In this document: positions 1 to 14,100 of the stretch, one piece after another
How the letters are laid out: every line of letters begins with the position of its first letter
How positions within the stretch are numbered: position 1 is the stretch's first letter
NCBI RefSeq assembly: GCF_037042905.1
Contig: NC_087245.1
Location: 18,044,001 to 18,108,000, forward strand
From: Lytechinus pictus
Lineage: Eukaryota
Length of the DNA: 64,000 nt
Direction of reading: 5' to 3'
Translations under genes and position numbers: made by a program
Notes under the pieces: generated by a model
The model's input: only the letters and a program-made list of their open reading frames with translations
Told to the model about the DNA's origin: nothing
Database searches by the model: none

Positions 1-2202
1 ATAAATATTAGTTCTATACATAAATACTATACTAAATCATATCTGGGAAATATGGTTTTTAAAAAAAGTCCACATGTTTATGTCCTTAATTGGACAGGAA
101 AGTCATCCTGACTACCTTGACTAGTGTTCCTGGGGGGCGTTTCATCAATATTTCCCAGATTAACTTTAAATTTTTAATTCTCTTTACAACAGATTGGAAT
201 AAGCATGATATTACAGCATTAAATCCTATCCAGCATTTCCTTTTTATTACAATAGGTACAAATATAATCATAACATACCATTACCTTATCGTCCATTCTC
301 AAAAATCATTCCAATGATTCTATCATACAATGGGAAGTCATGTGATTCTATACAAATGCACCAATTAAAAAAACATGTCCTATTCTTAATACCATAGAAA
401 CATACTACTGTATTCAATAAAAACTTTTAATAAACCTATCCTGTGCCTAGCAGAAGAGTACAAAATAGGTCAACAACAAACTCTAGAAATGTATTCCAAG
501 GTTAAAAATTAAGAAATTCAACAACTTTTTGTTTGAACCCTGCTGTCAGGCACATAAAATACAAAGTTCAACTACATGTAAATACTCCGACTCGAACAAT
601 AAAAATGACTATTACTATAATTCTAAATATCTCAAGAGCAAAATATGCCATAATTTTTTCTATTTTGCATAAAATAACAAAATAAGATACATACATGGCA
701 TTACCAATTGGAATATGATGGCAACAGAAGTAAAATGTTTGACTCTGACATTTTTCAGAAAATGATCTACTATGGCAACTTGGCTAAATGTAGATGTAGC
801 TATGAATGCATATGTTTTCTACGCAAGACTGGCATTTCAAATAGATTACAATTATCACACTTAAGTGTAATGTATTTTTTTTTCATTTATTGCTTGTTTT
901 GTTAGCCTTGGAATTACCATATGCAACAGAAAATATTCTCATACATGTACTGATATTTACACTGAATGTCACTCAATAGCAGAGAAAAAGTATACAGGAA
1001 CTCATTAGTATACATGTATATTCTTCTGTATCCCTCCAATCTCTCATGGTTTTAATTAGGAGTTTCTAAATCAATTATTCACTTGATATACTCCTTGTGA
1101 ATTTTCCTCTTATAAAAACATGATAACTTTGTGGCAAACTTCAGAAGAAACTTGCAAAACACATATTGTTTTCTCTTTTCTTTTATCCAATATTATTTGC
1201 TTTGAAATCTTTTTATCTGTACATATTAAAGCTGCCAAATCATTAATCAAAATATTGTAACTCATTCCCTCAAAACTCTTCCTTCGAAAGATAAAAGATA
1301 CTTTGCAATCTAAATACTCTGCATGCAATCTAAATACTCGGCATTTAATGGTTATTTATACGTAAAATTTTACAAAATTATATTTTATGGTGAATATGAT
1401 ATTAGATGGCGAGGTAATCTAATACTTAAGTAAGCACACTACTTCTACAGCTTGCACGCTACGTAGCACATTTCATACTGTTTTACTTGCTAAATGCACC
1501 ATTATAGACTTTATAAACCAACTTCTGTAACAACCAACTATATGAAGTGGCAATATGAAAAATATCCAAATACCAAATACTTCCATAATAGTAATCACTG
1601 CTATGTCCCTCATATTAAGTCCTACATAAAATTTGGAACAATAAATGCATACATTTAAATATGAATATAAATCATACATATAAATATTTGTATAAATTTC
1701 AAACACATAGTACTTCAATGTACATATATATATGATCAATAAAACACAAACTATAATCCTTTATAGCATTCTTGAAGAAAAATAGGGGGAAAAAATCATT
1801 GAGACAGGCAATGAAAGCTGAAAATGAGAGAAATTTCTAATAGAGTAGAATTACTCAAACTGCTTAATTAGTGGAGAGTGGCAGACTTGAAAGAATTATG
1901 ATTTATTTTTCTGGAAATCAAACCCTCAAAAGTTAACATTGCCATCTCCTCTTTCATCAATAATTTGCAAAGACAGATGATATATTTGAGACTGCATTCA
2001 TTCAAATCTGTACATCGAAATTACATTACACAAAGTACTTCGTCACATACATTTATATGTAGGAAAGCAAAAGCAATGAGTACAGGATATATATACCACA
2101 TTTCACAACAAATATAATATATATTAAAATAAAAAATTAATGGGAAGTATTTCATAAAGCTGTTTGTAAGTTATGGGTGAATTTACACAAGACTGTTGAC
2201 AT

Positions 2203-2334
2203 GGGTCCCATAACACATATGTTAGCATTATTCGTGTGCTTTATTTTTTTATGATTAATTGTACATCGTAGTCAATGAAATCAATCGTAAAGATATGTTC
2301 TATGGTGATTGCTAAGCTTTATATTACAGGCCCC
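2203..2334. mobile_element. ~130-bp MITE (GGG.CCC.TAACAC...GTTAC.GG.CCC family)
   Basis: Imperfect TIRs; related copies at 2524-2627 (opposite orientation), ~3540-3660 and 40504-40631. Confidence 0.6.
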
Positions 2335-2523
2335 TGTTCTAAAGTACCGACTCAAGAGTCTCAATCATTTTGATTTTCACTAAAATCCAATATTTGTAGC
2401 ATAAAAAGAGCATCTCTATGCAGTGGTTACTATACATGTAAGTCAAAATTTGATAAACATACATTTTTGGGAAATTTAGTATTATATTAAAACTGGTATT
2501 CTATCTCATTTATTATGAGAATA

Positions 2524-2627
2524 GGGGCTCGTAACACAAGGCTTAGCAATCACCATATAACTTTTTTTACGATTGATTGCATTGACTACAATGTACAATC
2601 AATCGCTAACCTTTGTGTTATAGGACC
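2524..2627. mobile_element. MITE, same family as 2203-2334, inverted relative to it
   Basis: ggggctcgtaacacaaggcttagc ... gctaacctttgtgttataggacc. Confidence 0.6.
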
Positions 2628-5011
2628 TAGGTTATCAGGTGTCCATTGCAATCAAATGCAACCTGATTTTTCAACCAATGAAATGAGTGCATTAGAGACT
2701 TGCACTTGATTTTTGTTCAGTTACAAACTTGACTCTTTCTGTATTTACAACAGACCCCAGTTGTGTGTTAAATCTCTTTTATAAAGACGATGGCTAAAGT
2801 TTGCCTGACTGGAAAATGCCAGATTACAAGCCTAAAAGTTTGACATTTGAAAGTAATGTCACTGAAATAAAAATTAGCTTACATATCTCAACTTCAACTA
2901 TTGTGACTAAAATGATTGAGACCCATTTTGACTTTCCATGTTCCAGTCATTTGTAAAGTTCTTAACAAGTTTACAAAAGGCTTTATGACAATTGATAGGA
3001 TTATATAATGGCACTATCTGGTACGATATTGGATGGAAATAACTATTCAAAGTCTCACTTTTACCGTAATACAAACCAATTATACTAAATAACTAAATTG
3101 AATGCAATTTTAACATAGAGGATAGGTGAATCCCATGTGTCAGCTCTGAGGAGTGTTTATCATACTTCAAACTAGGGGGGGGGGGGTAAATTCATAGTGT
3201 TGTCAACAGTGGAACTACACACTAAAATCAAAAGAAAATACCAATTTGTTATGAAGCAATACTCCACTAACGAACAAATACTGTCTACATTATCCCTGTG
3301 CAGTGACAAAAAATACTCATCGATGACCGACAATGACCGACATAACTCCACAGAGAACAATGTGGTCGAGTGCGAGCTAATTGTACAAAGTGCTTGGGAC
3401 GTTTCTTGATAAGGATCTGGATGGAATCACCGTTTGTTTGAAAGTAAATGATTCCACATTTCAAACTGGAATCTAGTACATGTATTAATCTAAATAACTT
3501 GCTGCTTGCGAGACAAATCCTCATATCTCAAAAGTTTGCTAAGACATATAGCGACTGATCGTATGGGTGATTTTTGTGATTGATTATACATTGTAGTCAA
3601 TGCAATGCGATCAATCATAAGAATATGATCAATTGCTATACTTTGTGTTACATAGCCCAGGGAAGTGAAAAGACATGGCTAATATCATCCACGTGACACT
3701 TTTCTCCTGAATTGTTGTAATAGCTTAAGTGTTTTTTTTTTTATTGAAAGCTAAAATCTGGGACATGATAGACAAGTTATATAGTTATTTTCCCAAAATT
3801 GTGAGCTATAAATCAGCCCAGTCAACGAACAAATTAGGCAATACAAAAACCCAAACAGGGTGTGTATATCATCCCCAGCAAAGAAATACCAACCTATAAA
3901 ATATGATCTTAACCCACTCAGAAGCATCTACATGTATCATTATCAAAACAATCACAACCACTTGAAAGAAATAAACCTAGAGCTAAAGTGCTTTGTCATA
4001 ATGATGAAAAAGTTAGTATCCAGAGGATTCTCCATGCTTAATATCATATAAACAAATGATAAGTAAAAGTTCACATCACCATTATAGAACATCTCTGAAC
4101 CATATACCCATTGAAACTGATTCTACATAACTTTTAAAAAGTATCTGTGGTGGCAGCACTTGCTAACACTATTAGTCTCCAGATCAAACCCATAAGCAAT
4201 GCTTCGTTCTGTACAACAAGCCTTTGCTTGGAACTATATATATTTGCGCTCATGTATACAATGTATTTGTGACATTCCTTCACTAATACATGTGATATTT
4301 GCCCTGTCCTATTATCCTATATTTATAAACATACTCAAAGATATGAAAATACACAAACCAGGACCCTGCATGGATTGAGTAAGTGAACAAATAAATATAG
4401 AAGGATATTTTATAATAGTTGATTTCCAAGTTTATTTTCAGAGCATTGACACCCCATTGTCAGAACAGAGTAATTCCCTCCTTAACACATCTTTATCTCA
4501 GAATAGATAAAAGATATCATTATAAAAATGATCTCAGACAATCCTTAATGAACATGGTGTGATCAGACCAATTTCTTGTTTTCAATAGAAAAGAATGAAC
4601 TATATCATATCTAAAACCACTTCAGCCTGATCAACAATGGTTCATCCAGGTAATATATATTTTTTCATAAGTCTAGCCCCTAGGTGAATTTCTTGTATGG
4701 GTCTCTTGTAGCTGAGAATGTCCCCATTCCACTTGTCATGATCAGTATTAGAGTAGCTTTGGAGTGTTGAATCTGTACATGTCTCTGATATAATAGAGTG
4801 ACCTTTCCAATTGTTGTTCTTAGAGTAAAGAGCAGTGATTAGCATGTCTCTGCCATAATGAGTGTTGAAGCTGGATGGGTCTATGGTAGAATAAAGTCAT
4901 CTTTCAATCTGTCATTCCCTGTCCAAGAATAACTCTGCTGTAATATTTATCAAAACTACTATGGCAGACCACATATTCTTACCACCATTGTTCCTTATCT
5001 TGGAATGTATT

Positions 5012-5117
5012 TTACCAGAGTTGAGTAAACTTCATGGTAGCAAATCCAGGATCATGCTTGAGGTCCCAGTAGTCGTTCTTACACACCCATCTATCCTTGC
5101 TTCCGTCATGACCTAAT
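5012..5117 (-). CDS. OSBPL6: ORP last coding exon: [34 protein letters not shown]
   Basis: tttacag acceptor; W..YW..LW-stop C-terminus typical of ORPs; TAA at 5014-5012. Confidence 0.95.
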
Positions 5118-8100
5118 CTGTAAATCAAAACCAAACAAAAAACAGTTATCATAACAAGGTGCTAAAATGAAACCTGGTGCTGGAGTAGGTAAAACTATTT
5201 CTGGTTCCAATGGTCAAAAGGAGGACAAAACCAAATCCTTCTAATTATGATAATTGATTATATTTGGATCACATAAACAAGAATGTTTTAATGAATTCAT
5301 CAGCAACATAATTTACTCTGTAATCCACAATATAAATATTGCTTTTATTACACAAATTCAGTCAATACACAGAAGTTATCCTCTTTTTCTTTGTAGCAGA
5401 GAGGAAATTAACTTTTACAATGCACTTTAGTAAAAGTCTAAGTAATTTCAGTTTTTGCTATTGGCGAAAAGTAATCAGCGAGAATCTCAGTAAACATCTT
5501 TTCCATTCTAATCCATCGATTCTGGTATGCTGCTTCAATATAACATATATGGTCAAAGTTATCAATGTTCTTGATGCATCAATTTTAGTGAAGAAAATGG
5601 TATTGAAGGCACTACAGATACCTGAAGAATCTTGGTTGATATTCAACACCTTGTTCTTCCCTGAGTTTTCTCCTTTCTCTTTGCATTGATTCTAATCTCT
5701 GTTTCTCAAGCTCAGCTCCCTTCAAATCACCTTCCTCTAGTAATCTACCAAAACAACAACAAAAATATCAATATCACTCTTTTTATCATGGCAGCACGAG
5801 CATTGAAACAATTTACTCTCTATTTATCTGAATCATTAATAAAACATTTGTTTCTAATTTTTTATTTCCTTGTTTTTGGTATTCTTGCAACTCCATCATA
5901 CTGGATCAGCAACTCCACCATCTATAACAAATGTCTGATAAAGCTTTCATAATCAGAAAAAAGCTTAATACAATGGGTAAATTTGTCCTGGGACCCGTTG
6001 CAGCAGTTACTATGATGGTAACTTTGCATCCAGTGGTATCTACCATGGTAACGCTGATCAACAACCAATCAAAATCAAGGATTCTATGCATGTTACCATT
6101 GGATCGCAAAGTTACAAAAGGGTAACTTTTATGCAACGGGGACCATATTATGTATAAAGAATGTTTTCTCACATCATCCAAACAATTAGATGAATGTTTA
6201 GAGCCACTGATGAATGTACTCATCTATCGCACTCAAAATTAAAGATTTTCCTCCTTTTTTAAAATAAAATATATCAATCAATTTCTATCTATCTATCTAT
6301 ATTTTGTTTCTTTTATCTTTCTATCTCACCTCTGATCTGGTCTGAATCTTGAGTCAGTAGGAGGTAGTGTGTCTTGTGTTTCATGGTCTAATTCATTGAG
6401 TTCTATTGCAAACCTGGTGAACCCATAGTAGATCTGATGATCTGAAGGCATGGAAGCTGATAGGAGTAGAATAGAAAGTAAAAGAGAAATTACTAAAAAA
6501 AACTGCTCATTGAAAATATAAGCATTGTATACCCTTGATTTAGCAAGAGAAAATGTCTAATAGAAATATTTATCAACTACAAGCTGATCCTTATTTAAAA
6601 AAAAAAGATTTTTTTTTTTCACCTAAAAAAAATGAATTAAATCATTCATCAACCCCTCACACAATGACAGAACATCCAACAATGGTTTGAATAAAATATA
6701 TGGCCTGTACAGAGCTGCCAACCAGAGCATGAACATTGCAGTATTTTAAAAGCTAAATTTTCTATAATTCATTCACGATTTATTCTTCTACATCCCCTTG
6801 AAGTAAAATTAGCTTGCATGTGTTGTAAATATGAGCAGGACGTTAGGTGTATTTTTTTACAAAATGAAATGAAAAAGTAGTAAAGTGACTTACCAGCTCT
6901 CCACACACATTTAGCTGAGGCTGATCTCCCGCAGTACAGACCTTCATTCCACTTCCCAAACAGTTCATGGATCATACGTCCTTCTTGATTCAAGATAACA
7001 CCAGTTACTTCATGTAATCTACTGCTCCAGAAACTAGCCTGAGACAAACCCAAATCAAACAATAAAATCATATTAAAAAGGAGAACACAATTATTCTGTA
7101 TGGATAATGGCATTTTCTCTAACGTTTTGAATTTGAGATGTTTTATATTAAATATAATAGCACTGAATATTAGTGGGAGGTTTTGGAGATTCACTTGCAA
7201 CTTGTTGGCTATTTTGAAATTATGAGAACAAATCACTGGTAGACCCCTGTATGTTGTGAGAAGCTACAAGTGCTTTTTCAACAATTAATTTTGTTCACAA
7301 TTTCACAACGCACTTATCAGTAAACATTGTCTACTCCCTAAAAACTATTTCACGTCCAACTGCTGCTTGATAGTACTGACAATTTTAAATATGAACAAAA
7401 TATTGCTAATTTCACAAATCATTCATTTACCAACTGGGTAGATATTGGCAAATGTTAATAATGCCTTGCACTACAAAGGGATAGAGAGCTGAGGTGGGAT
7501 TCAAACCCTTGACCTTGAAGATCATAGGATGAAGATTTATCCATTGATTATAACACCCTACAGCTCTCATTTATCAACAAAGAAATATTACCACTTGGAA
7601 CACTATTCCTCTTTCAATAAGAGAGGCTTCCAGTATTCTTGTCTTCTCTATTTTTTTCTTTTAACTACTGGTTGTTAATTTACACTTACTTATTGCACAA
7701 GTTATGCTACTTTTGCCTTTAGTTCTTCTAAATATTAATAATTATGAGACAATAAAATAAGAAGAAATTTTAATATTTTTTACACAATTTTGAAAATTAT
7801 TCCTGCATGTAAATCTTGCCCCACAAAATGTTATCAAATGGAAGATATATTCTGTTCTGATGAATTTACTTTACCTTTGTGAAAGTGAGTTTACATGATA
7901 TATCTCCATTCTTGATGACTGTTTCTCCATAATGATCCACCCATCTCTCTCCACTTAAGATGTTGTGAACACAGCTTGTTACTTTACTCAAGATGAAATG
8001 ATCATTGTACCTACGGAAGAGCAAAGAAAAATAATAAAAATAAATAGGATTGGATAGTACCATTGCCAATTGATTTGTTTTGTACAAAATCAATTAAAGC

Positions 8101-11100
8101 AAGAAATGCGCTGTCTTTGAACTTGATTGAAACTATAATCACACAATGTAATGTATAAGTGATAGTTACACCAGGACCATGATGCCATTGCCATTAATCG
8201 TAACTTCATTGTAAATGGTAACTGCCATGGAAATCTGAATCTCCATTGGACATTGAGCAATGCCATTTACACTAACAGCAAAGTTACAATCAAATGGACC
8301 CAGTTAATGAAATTGATAACCTCAGCATAGACAGTAACGAAACAAGAGGCGACATCAAACTTGATCATTCACACCAAATCTCGCATGAAATAAAGGATTA
8401 AGCAAAGAACATCTGAACAAATGCCACAGGAATGTTTGACAGGAAACAGATCGCTGGGCGAGTTGTCTCATGCTAGTCTGCACCAACGCTGAGTAAATAC
8501 TAGCGGTATAATGCATGTTTGAAGAACTGTACTGGATATCTGAAAGGAGAAGATGCTGTGTAGAGGATCTGCCTTCATTATGAATCAGTTCTTTATAACC
8601 GATATAAATAGAATTATCATAAGGATATCATAACCCTCATTTTCCATTTCCTTGTGTAAGTGGAACCTCTGCCAGCCTCGCCTGCATTACCCAAACTAAG
8701 ATGAATAACTATCAGGTTATATAGTTTATATTAAAGGACAAGTCCACCCCAACAAAAACTTGATTTGAATAAAAAGAGAAAAATTCAACAAGCATAACAC
8801 TGAAAATTTCATCAAAATCGGATGTAAAATAAGAAAGTTATGGCATTTTAAAGTTTAGCTTCATTTCACAAAACAGTTATATGCACATCTCGGTCGGTAT
8901 GCAAATGAGGAACTGATGACATCACTCACTCACTATTTCTTTTGTATTTTATTATATGAAATATGAAATATTTTTATTTTCTCGTCATTGTCATGTGAAA
9001 TGAAGTTGCATTCCTCCCTGAACACGTGGAATTCCATTATTTTAACATTTTGTGCTTCAGGCTAGGAGGTCCTAATCGTCAAATTCGTAAAAATTGAAAT
9101 ATTGTATAATTCAAACAATAAAAAACAAAAGAAATTGTGAGTGAGTGACATCATCGACTCTCTCATTTGGATGTAACTGGCTCGTTCATATAAATATTTT
9201 GTTAAAAATAAGCGAAACTTTGAAATGTCATAACTTTCTTATTTTACATCCGATTTTGATGAAATTTTCAGCATTGTGCTTGTCTGATTTTTCTCTATTG
9301 ATTCAAATCAACATTTTTCTGAGGTGGACTTGACCTTTAAGAGAAAAAATATAAACAAAATTTCAATCCTTATCCAAAATTACCTTGACCCGGTACCGAA
9401 GATCAAACTTAATTTCTCACATGTATGTAGCTTGCATATAAAACTTTGACTCAAATCTAATTAGCATAAATTGCTTTTGAGTTGAAAACGCAGCCCACTA
9501 GCAATCACCTATTCATGCCAGCCGAAAAAAGGCTGACATAAATAGATAATAAACAAGGCCAGCATAAAGGTTAGCTGGGGTTATGGTATGTTGTAGAGTC
9601 TTGTGTTGTGCATGTTTATTGTTATGTTGATGTGGTGACATCATCATGTAATGATATCATCATCACATGAATAGTCACACATTCTGTTACATGTGTCTCT
9701 CTACACTGGCCTTGCTTGCTCACTGCCTCCAGCTGATGAGCAAGCAAGGCCTGTCTTATATACCTCAGCAAATCTGAGGCACACTTTTTGACAGTTAGTG
9801 AAGAAACCATCACGCCTTGGTTTAACTTCCAAAATAACATGCATAAACATGATGTTTGACAATATACTTTAGTGGTTTCATCCAATAGGCAGAGAGGAGA
9901 TGAGAATCTATTATCATGCATTCATGAATACAAATTAGGAATTCATTAGTAAGTAGACTTGAATTCATAATGACCCATTCACAATAGGTATTCAAACATT
10001 AAGCCTACAATGCAAGTGAGCATCTCACTGGTTCTTTGAATTTCAATGATTGGTATTATATAAGGGTCTGTCTAATAAAAGTACTCAGAGGAAATGCAGA
10101 ATAAATAACATGTGCATCACCTTTAGGAATTTGTCTAATAATGGTGGCACACTAAACTTCAATGAATGCATTGTGATTGTTGCTAGGTTAGACAATCACC
10201 TGCTAGCTAATTTCACATACCATGCATACCTTTGAGACAAAGTTGAATGAATGTCTCATGGCTGTTGCTACGTCAGGTGAAGGTTGTTCTTAGGTTTTGA
10301 AAAGAAATCTAGAGATTAGCAACTCAATGAACCCAAGATACATGTAACTTGAACATGATAAGGAAATTGTGCATCATACTCATTTGGCCTGCACTACAGG
10401 GGAAGCGGGGGACAGCCCCTCTTCCTATGATTCTTCAAGTAGTAAAAAACTAGAAATGTTACGGAAGGTCATTAATGCCCATGCCCCATGCCGTTACCAA
10501 CACATTCAGAAAATGAGTCTTGCATGTCTTTACCCTAAGATAAATATTTGTGGCAACTTTCATGAACACTGGCTAATATTAGTAATAACTAAGGAAGTAG
10601 TTTTCCTGAATTTAGGCCACAATGTGTCGTTACCATGTTAACACAATTTCTGACTATTCATGCAAAAAATTTGCAATGGACTGACCGCCTGACTGTATAC
10701 TGATTCCTTGAATGCTTCAGTAGGAAGCAGATTAATTGCACCTATCAATTGGTTTACATGTATGCTGAAACATTTTGAATCACCCATATGTAATGAATAT
10801 ATATTAATTCAACAACTCTCAAGCACTAATAAAACACATAAATGCACTCATGGGACAACACACAAATTTTAGCTGGTTCTGTTTTTTCTTTGACACTTTA
10901 AATATGAGCGCTTTTAAGATTAAGCCCTTGCAGTGAACTAAAATAAAATATTCTTCCTTAAAGGAGAATGAAACCCTTGAAACCAGCTGAATCCATATCA
11001 AAGAGAAAAATAAAAGAAACATATTGTTGAAAGTTTGAGGAAGATTGAATGAATAATAAGAAAGTTATGAGCATTTGAATATTGAGATCACTAATGCCAT

Positions 11101-14100
11101 GTAGATCCTCCCATTGGCAATGCGACCAAGATCTGTGATGTCACACACGTACAACTCCCTCATTACTCTAGTACTTATTTCACTTATATTCTCACTTTCA
11201 TAGAGTCTATCACAAGGTGAGGTGTTCTCTTTATGAGAGGACAAGTACAGAGGTTTCACAACATTATATCATTGATGAATCGTTTGTCATATGATTAGAA
11301 TGAGCAAAAAGAGACGTTTTGGGGTATATTTTCAGTGTCCAAAAGGGGAGAGTTGTTCATCTGTGACATCATAGATCTTGGTCGCATTGCCAATAGGAGG
11401 ATCTCCATAGCATTAGTGATCTCGACATTCAAATGCTCATAACTCTTCTATTGCTAGTCCTATTTTACTCAAACTTTTGTTGATCTTATTCTTTGATTTT
11501 TCTGCTTTCACAAAAGCTAACTTGCTCCAAGAGTTTCATTCTCCTTTAATAACGTGAAAGCAACATGACAGATGGTTCACATTTATTGCTTTGACTTTGC
11601 CCTGAAGGTGAAAAAGGGAAGGTGAGAAAAAGGGGCAAGGAGACAGGGAAAGATAGCATATAAAGTAGAATGAAAAACATTTGTACATTTCAAGTAAAAA
11701 AATCTTAACTGAATATTTATTGATGTACATGCATCATATTGGTAAGTCTTACTTTGGTATGTGTATGTGAATAGTTCCTATAGGGATGACTTCCATTGAT
11801 TTGCCCCAGAACTTAGTCTTTATCCTCACATCCTGTGAGTAGATGAAGTTTTTACTGTTGCAATGGCAGGCAATAATGGGAGGATGGTGTGATACCTGGT
11901 GGAAGATAATCAAATGGAATTTGTTCAGCATGGTAAGTTTTTCATCTATTACTTTATATCATCATCACTATCACAATATTACCATTATCATAATGAACAC
12001 AATGATCACCAAACTAACTGCATTCATAAGCATTATATCATTCATCACCATCATCTTATTTATCATCATCCCCCCACCACACAATCATCATTATCATCAT
12101 CACATAACCCCCACCACCATCTCCATCACTATCTTCATCATCTCATTCACAATGCATGATTAATGTGAACACTTCCATCACAACACCAAAAAAACATCAT
12201 CTCTTCTATAAATCTCACCTTCTCGGCAATAAACTTGAACCCCTTGTCATCCCTGACACACTCAAAGGTTTCCCCCAGAAGAGGGTTGAAGGGCTTTGTC
12301 CCTGCTCTAGTATACGTTGAACTGTAGCTAGACACCGCAAAGGCTGCAATGTACACCATCCTCATGTAGGGGTCATCGACCTCTGATGCCTTGTCTAATA
12401 GTTCACTGTACTCTAGCTCTTCACATAGTACCTGAATCAAAGATTAAAATCAGTTGTAAGGTAACTCAATTATAAATTGAATGGAAATATACGCCAAATC
12501 CAAATTAAATCAGAGTTATCTATTTCTTTTAAATAAAACATTACAATTACCAGGATAAAACAAACAGCCTCAAAGCTTAATAGTGATAAATCCATTTACG
12601 TGAAAGCCAGAGGTGAAACAGACATGAACCAAAGGTAATCGCATAAAAGTCACATGAAAAAGAAATACAATTACAATACAAAGTAGATTTGACCAAATTT
12701 AAATGAAATATTCAAACATAAAATCAAAGAAAGAGGGTCAATTCAAACACTGTCTTTCAAAACATACAATCAACCGACTACAAGCTTTCACATACTCTAT
12801 AGAATATTGATTGCACAAAAATATTAAAAAATATGCCCAAATTTCTACCCATTATACTTGATCATCTACCATGAAGTATAAATTCTATGACTTTCACAAA
12901 AATGCATACAAATCATTAATGGTAATGAAATTGAGGATAAAATTACCTGTAGCATACTGAGTGGTTCATTGAGAGCAACAGGCATGGAGATCTTGGAAAG
13001 ATCTTTACCAATGTTTTTCTTGAGGATATTCCATAAACTGAGTTGACTGGTATCGGGCTGGGGTGATGGTAGGTGTGTTCTACGGCCAGTATGTGATCGA
13101 GATGGTGCCTCCTCTCTACCATTCTCCACTGTATAACATCAAATAAAACAAATAATCACAATTTTAATACGTCAATAATGCATTTCTACATCACAGTCCA
13201 TATTTACATGTGCTTTCACAGATGATTAAAACATTAATGTGATCAAAGAGGGGATCAGTGTGAAAAGGAATAAACTGGAATTGTGTGTTCTACGGATGGT
13301 ATGTGATCAAGATGATGCCTTCAGTCTAACCTCTCTCTACTGTAGTATCATCAAAATAAAACAAATAATCACCATGATGATAATAATATGACTAGTTGGT
13401 AGCACATTGTCCACATAGACATTAAAATACACTTTCAAAGATAAATTAAGAAATAAATGTGATCAACTACAGGAACACTGTGAAAAGGAATAACCAAAAG
13501 TGGTCATATTTCATGAGTATGATACGTTTAGTTCAATATTGCGGAAGGCATAGTGTTGATGGGGTATAGGTTGACATACTGAAAATGGACTAAGCAGACA
13601 TATAATGCGGCCTTTAGATATATACATATACCACTTATATACTCACAAAATAGTCCACTTCAGGTCAGTGAAATATTCATGACACTAAACTGTGTGTTTT
13701 GGAATAAAGTAATCCAAATTTAGAGGGCTCATATTAATATATTATCAAAAAAAAATTAATTTACCAGAACAGTGAAAGAGCAACTAATCATCTTTGTATT
13801 GATATCACGCACTATGGCCACAACTCATATAATATAAATAAATTAGTCTGCAAGACAACAGGCACAAGTTCCATTTTGTTTTCCCCCAATTTTATTTTTA
13901 AACATTCAGCCTAAAATTCATTAGTATGGCATCCAAAAGGGCCAAACTCAAAGTGACCATGTTCAATGGCAAATACAATTACACTCATCTGAGGCATCAG
14001 TAAAAGATTTCATCTCTGCCTTACTTCCATAATTTTGATCAACATGGAATTTATAACTGTTGCCTTCAACTTTGATTATTTGAGTAATACCAAAGATAAA

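Larger units (their letters stand above)
1..5011 (-). other. Probable long 3' UTR / downstream region of the ORP gene (end not determinable)
   Basis: U-rich on the minus strand, no credible coding signal; several minus-strand AATAAA candidates (plus-strand tttatt near 4431, 3740, 2510, 886). Confidence 0.45.
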
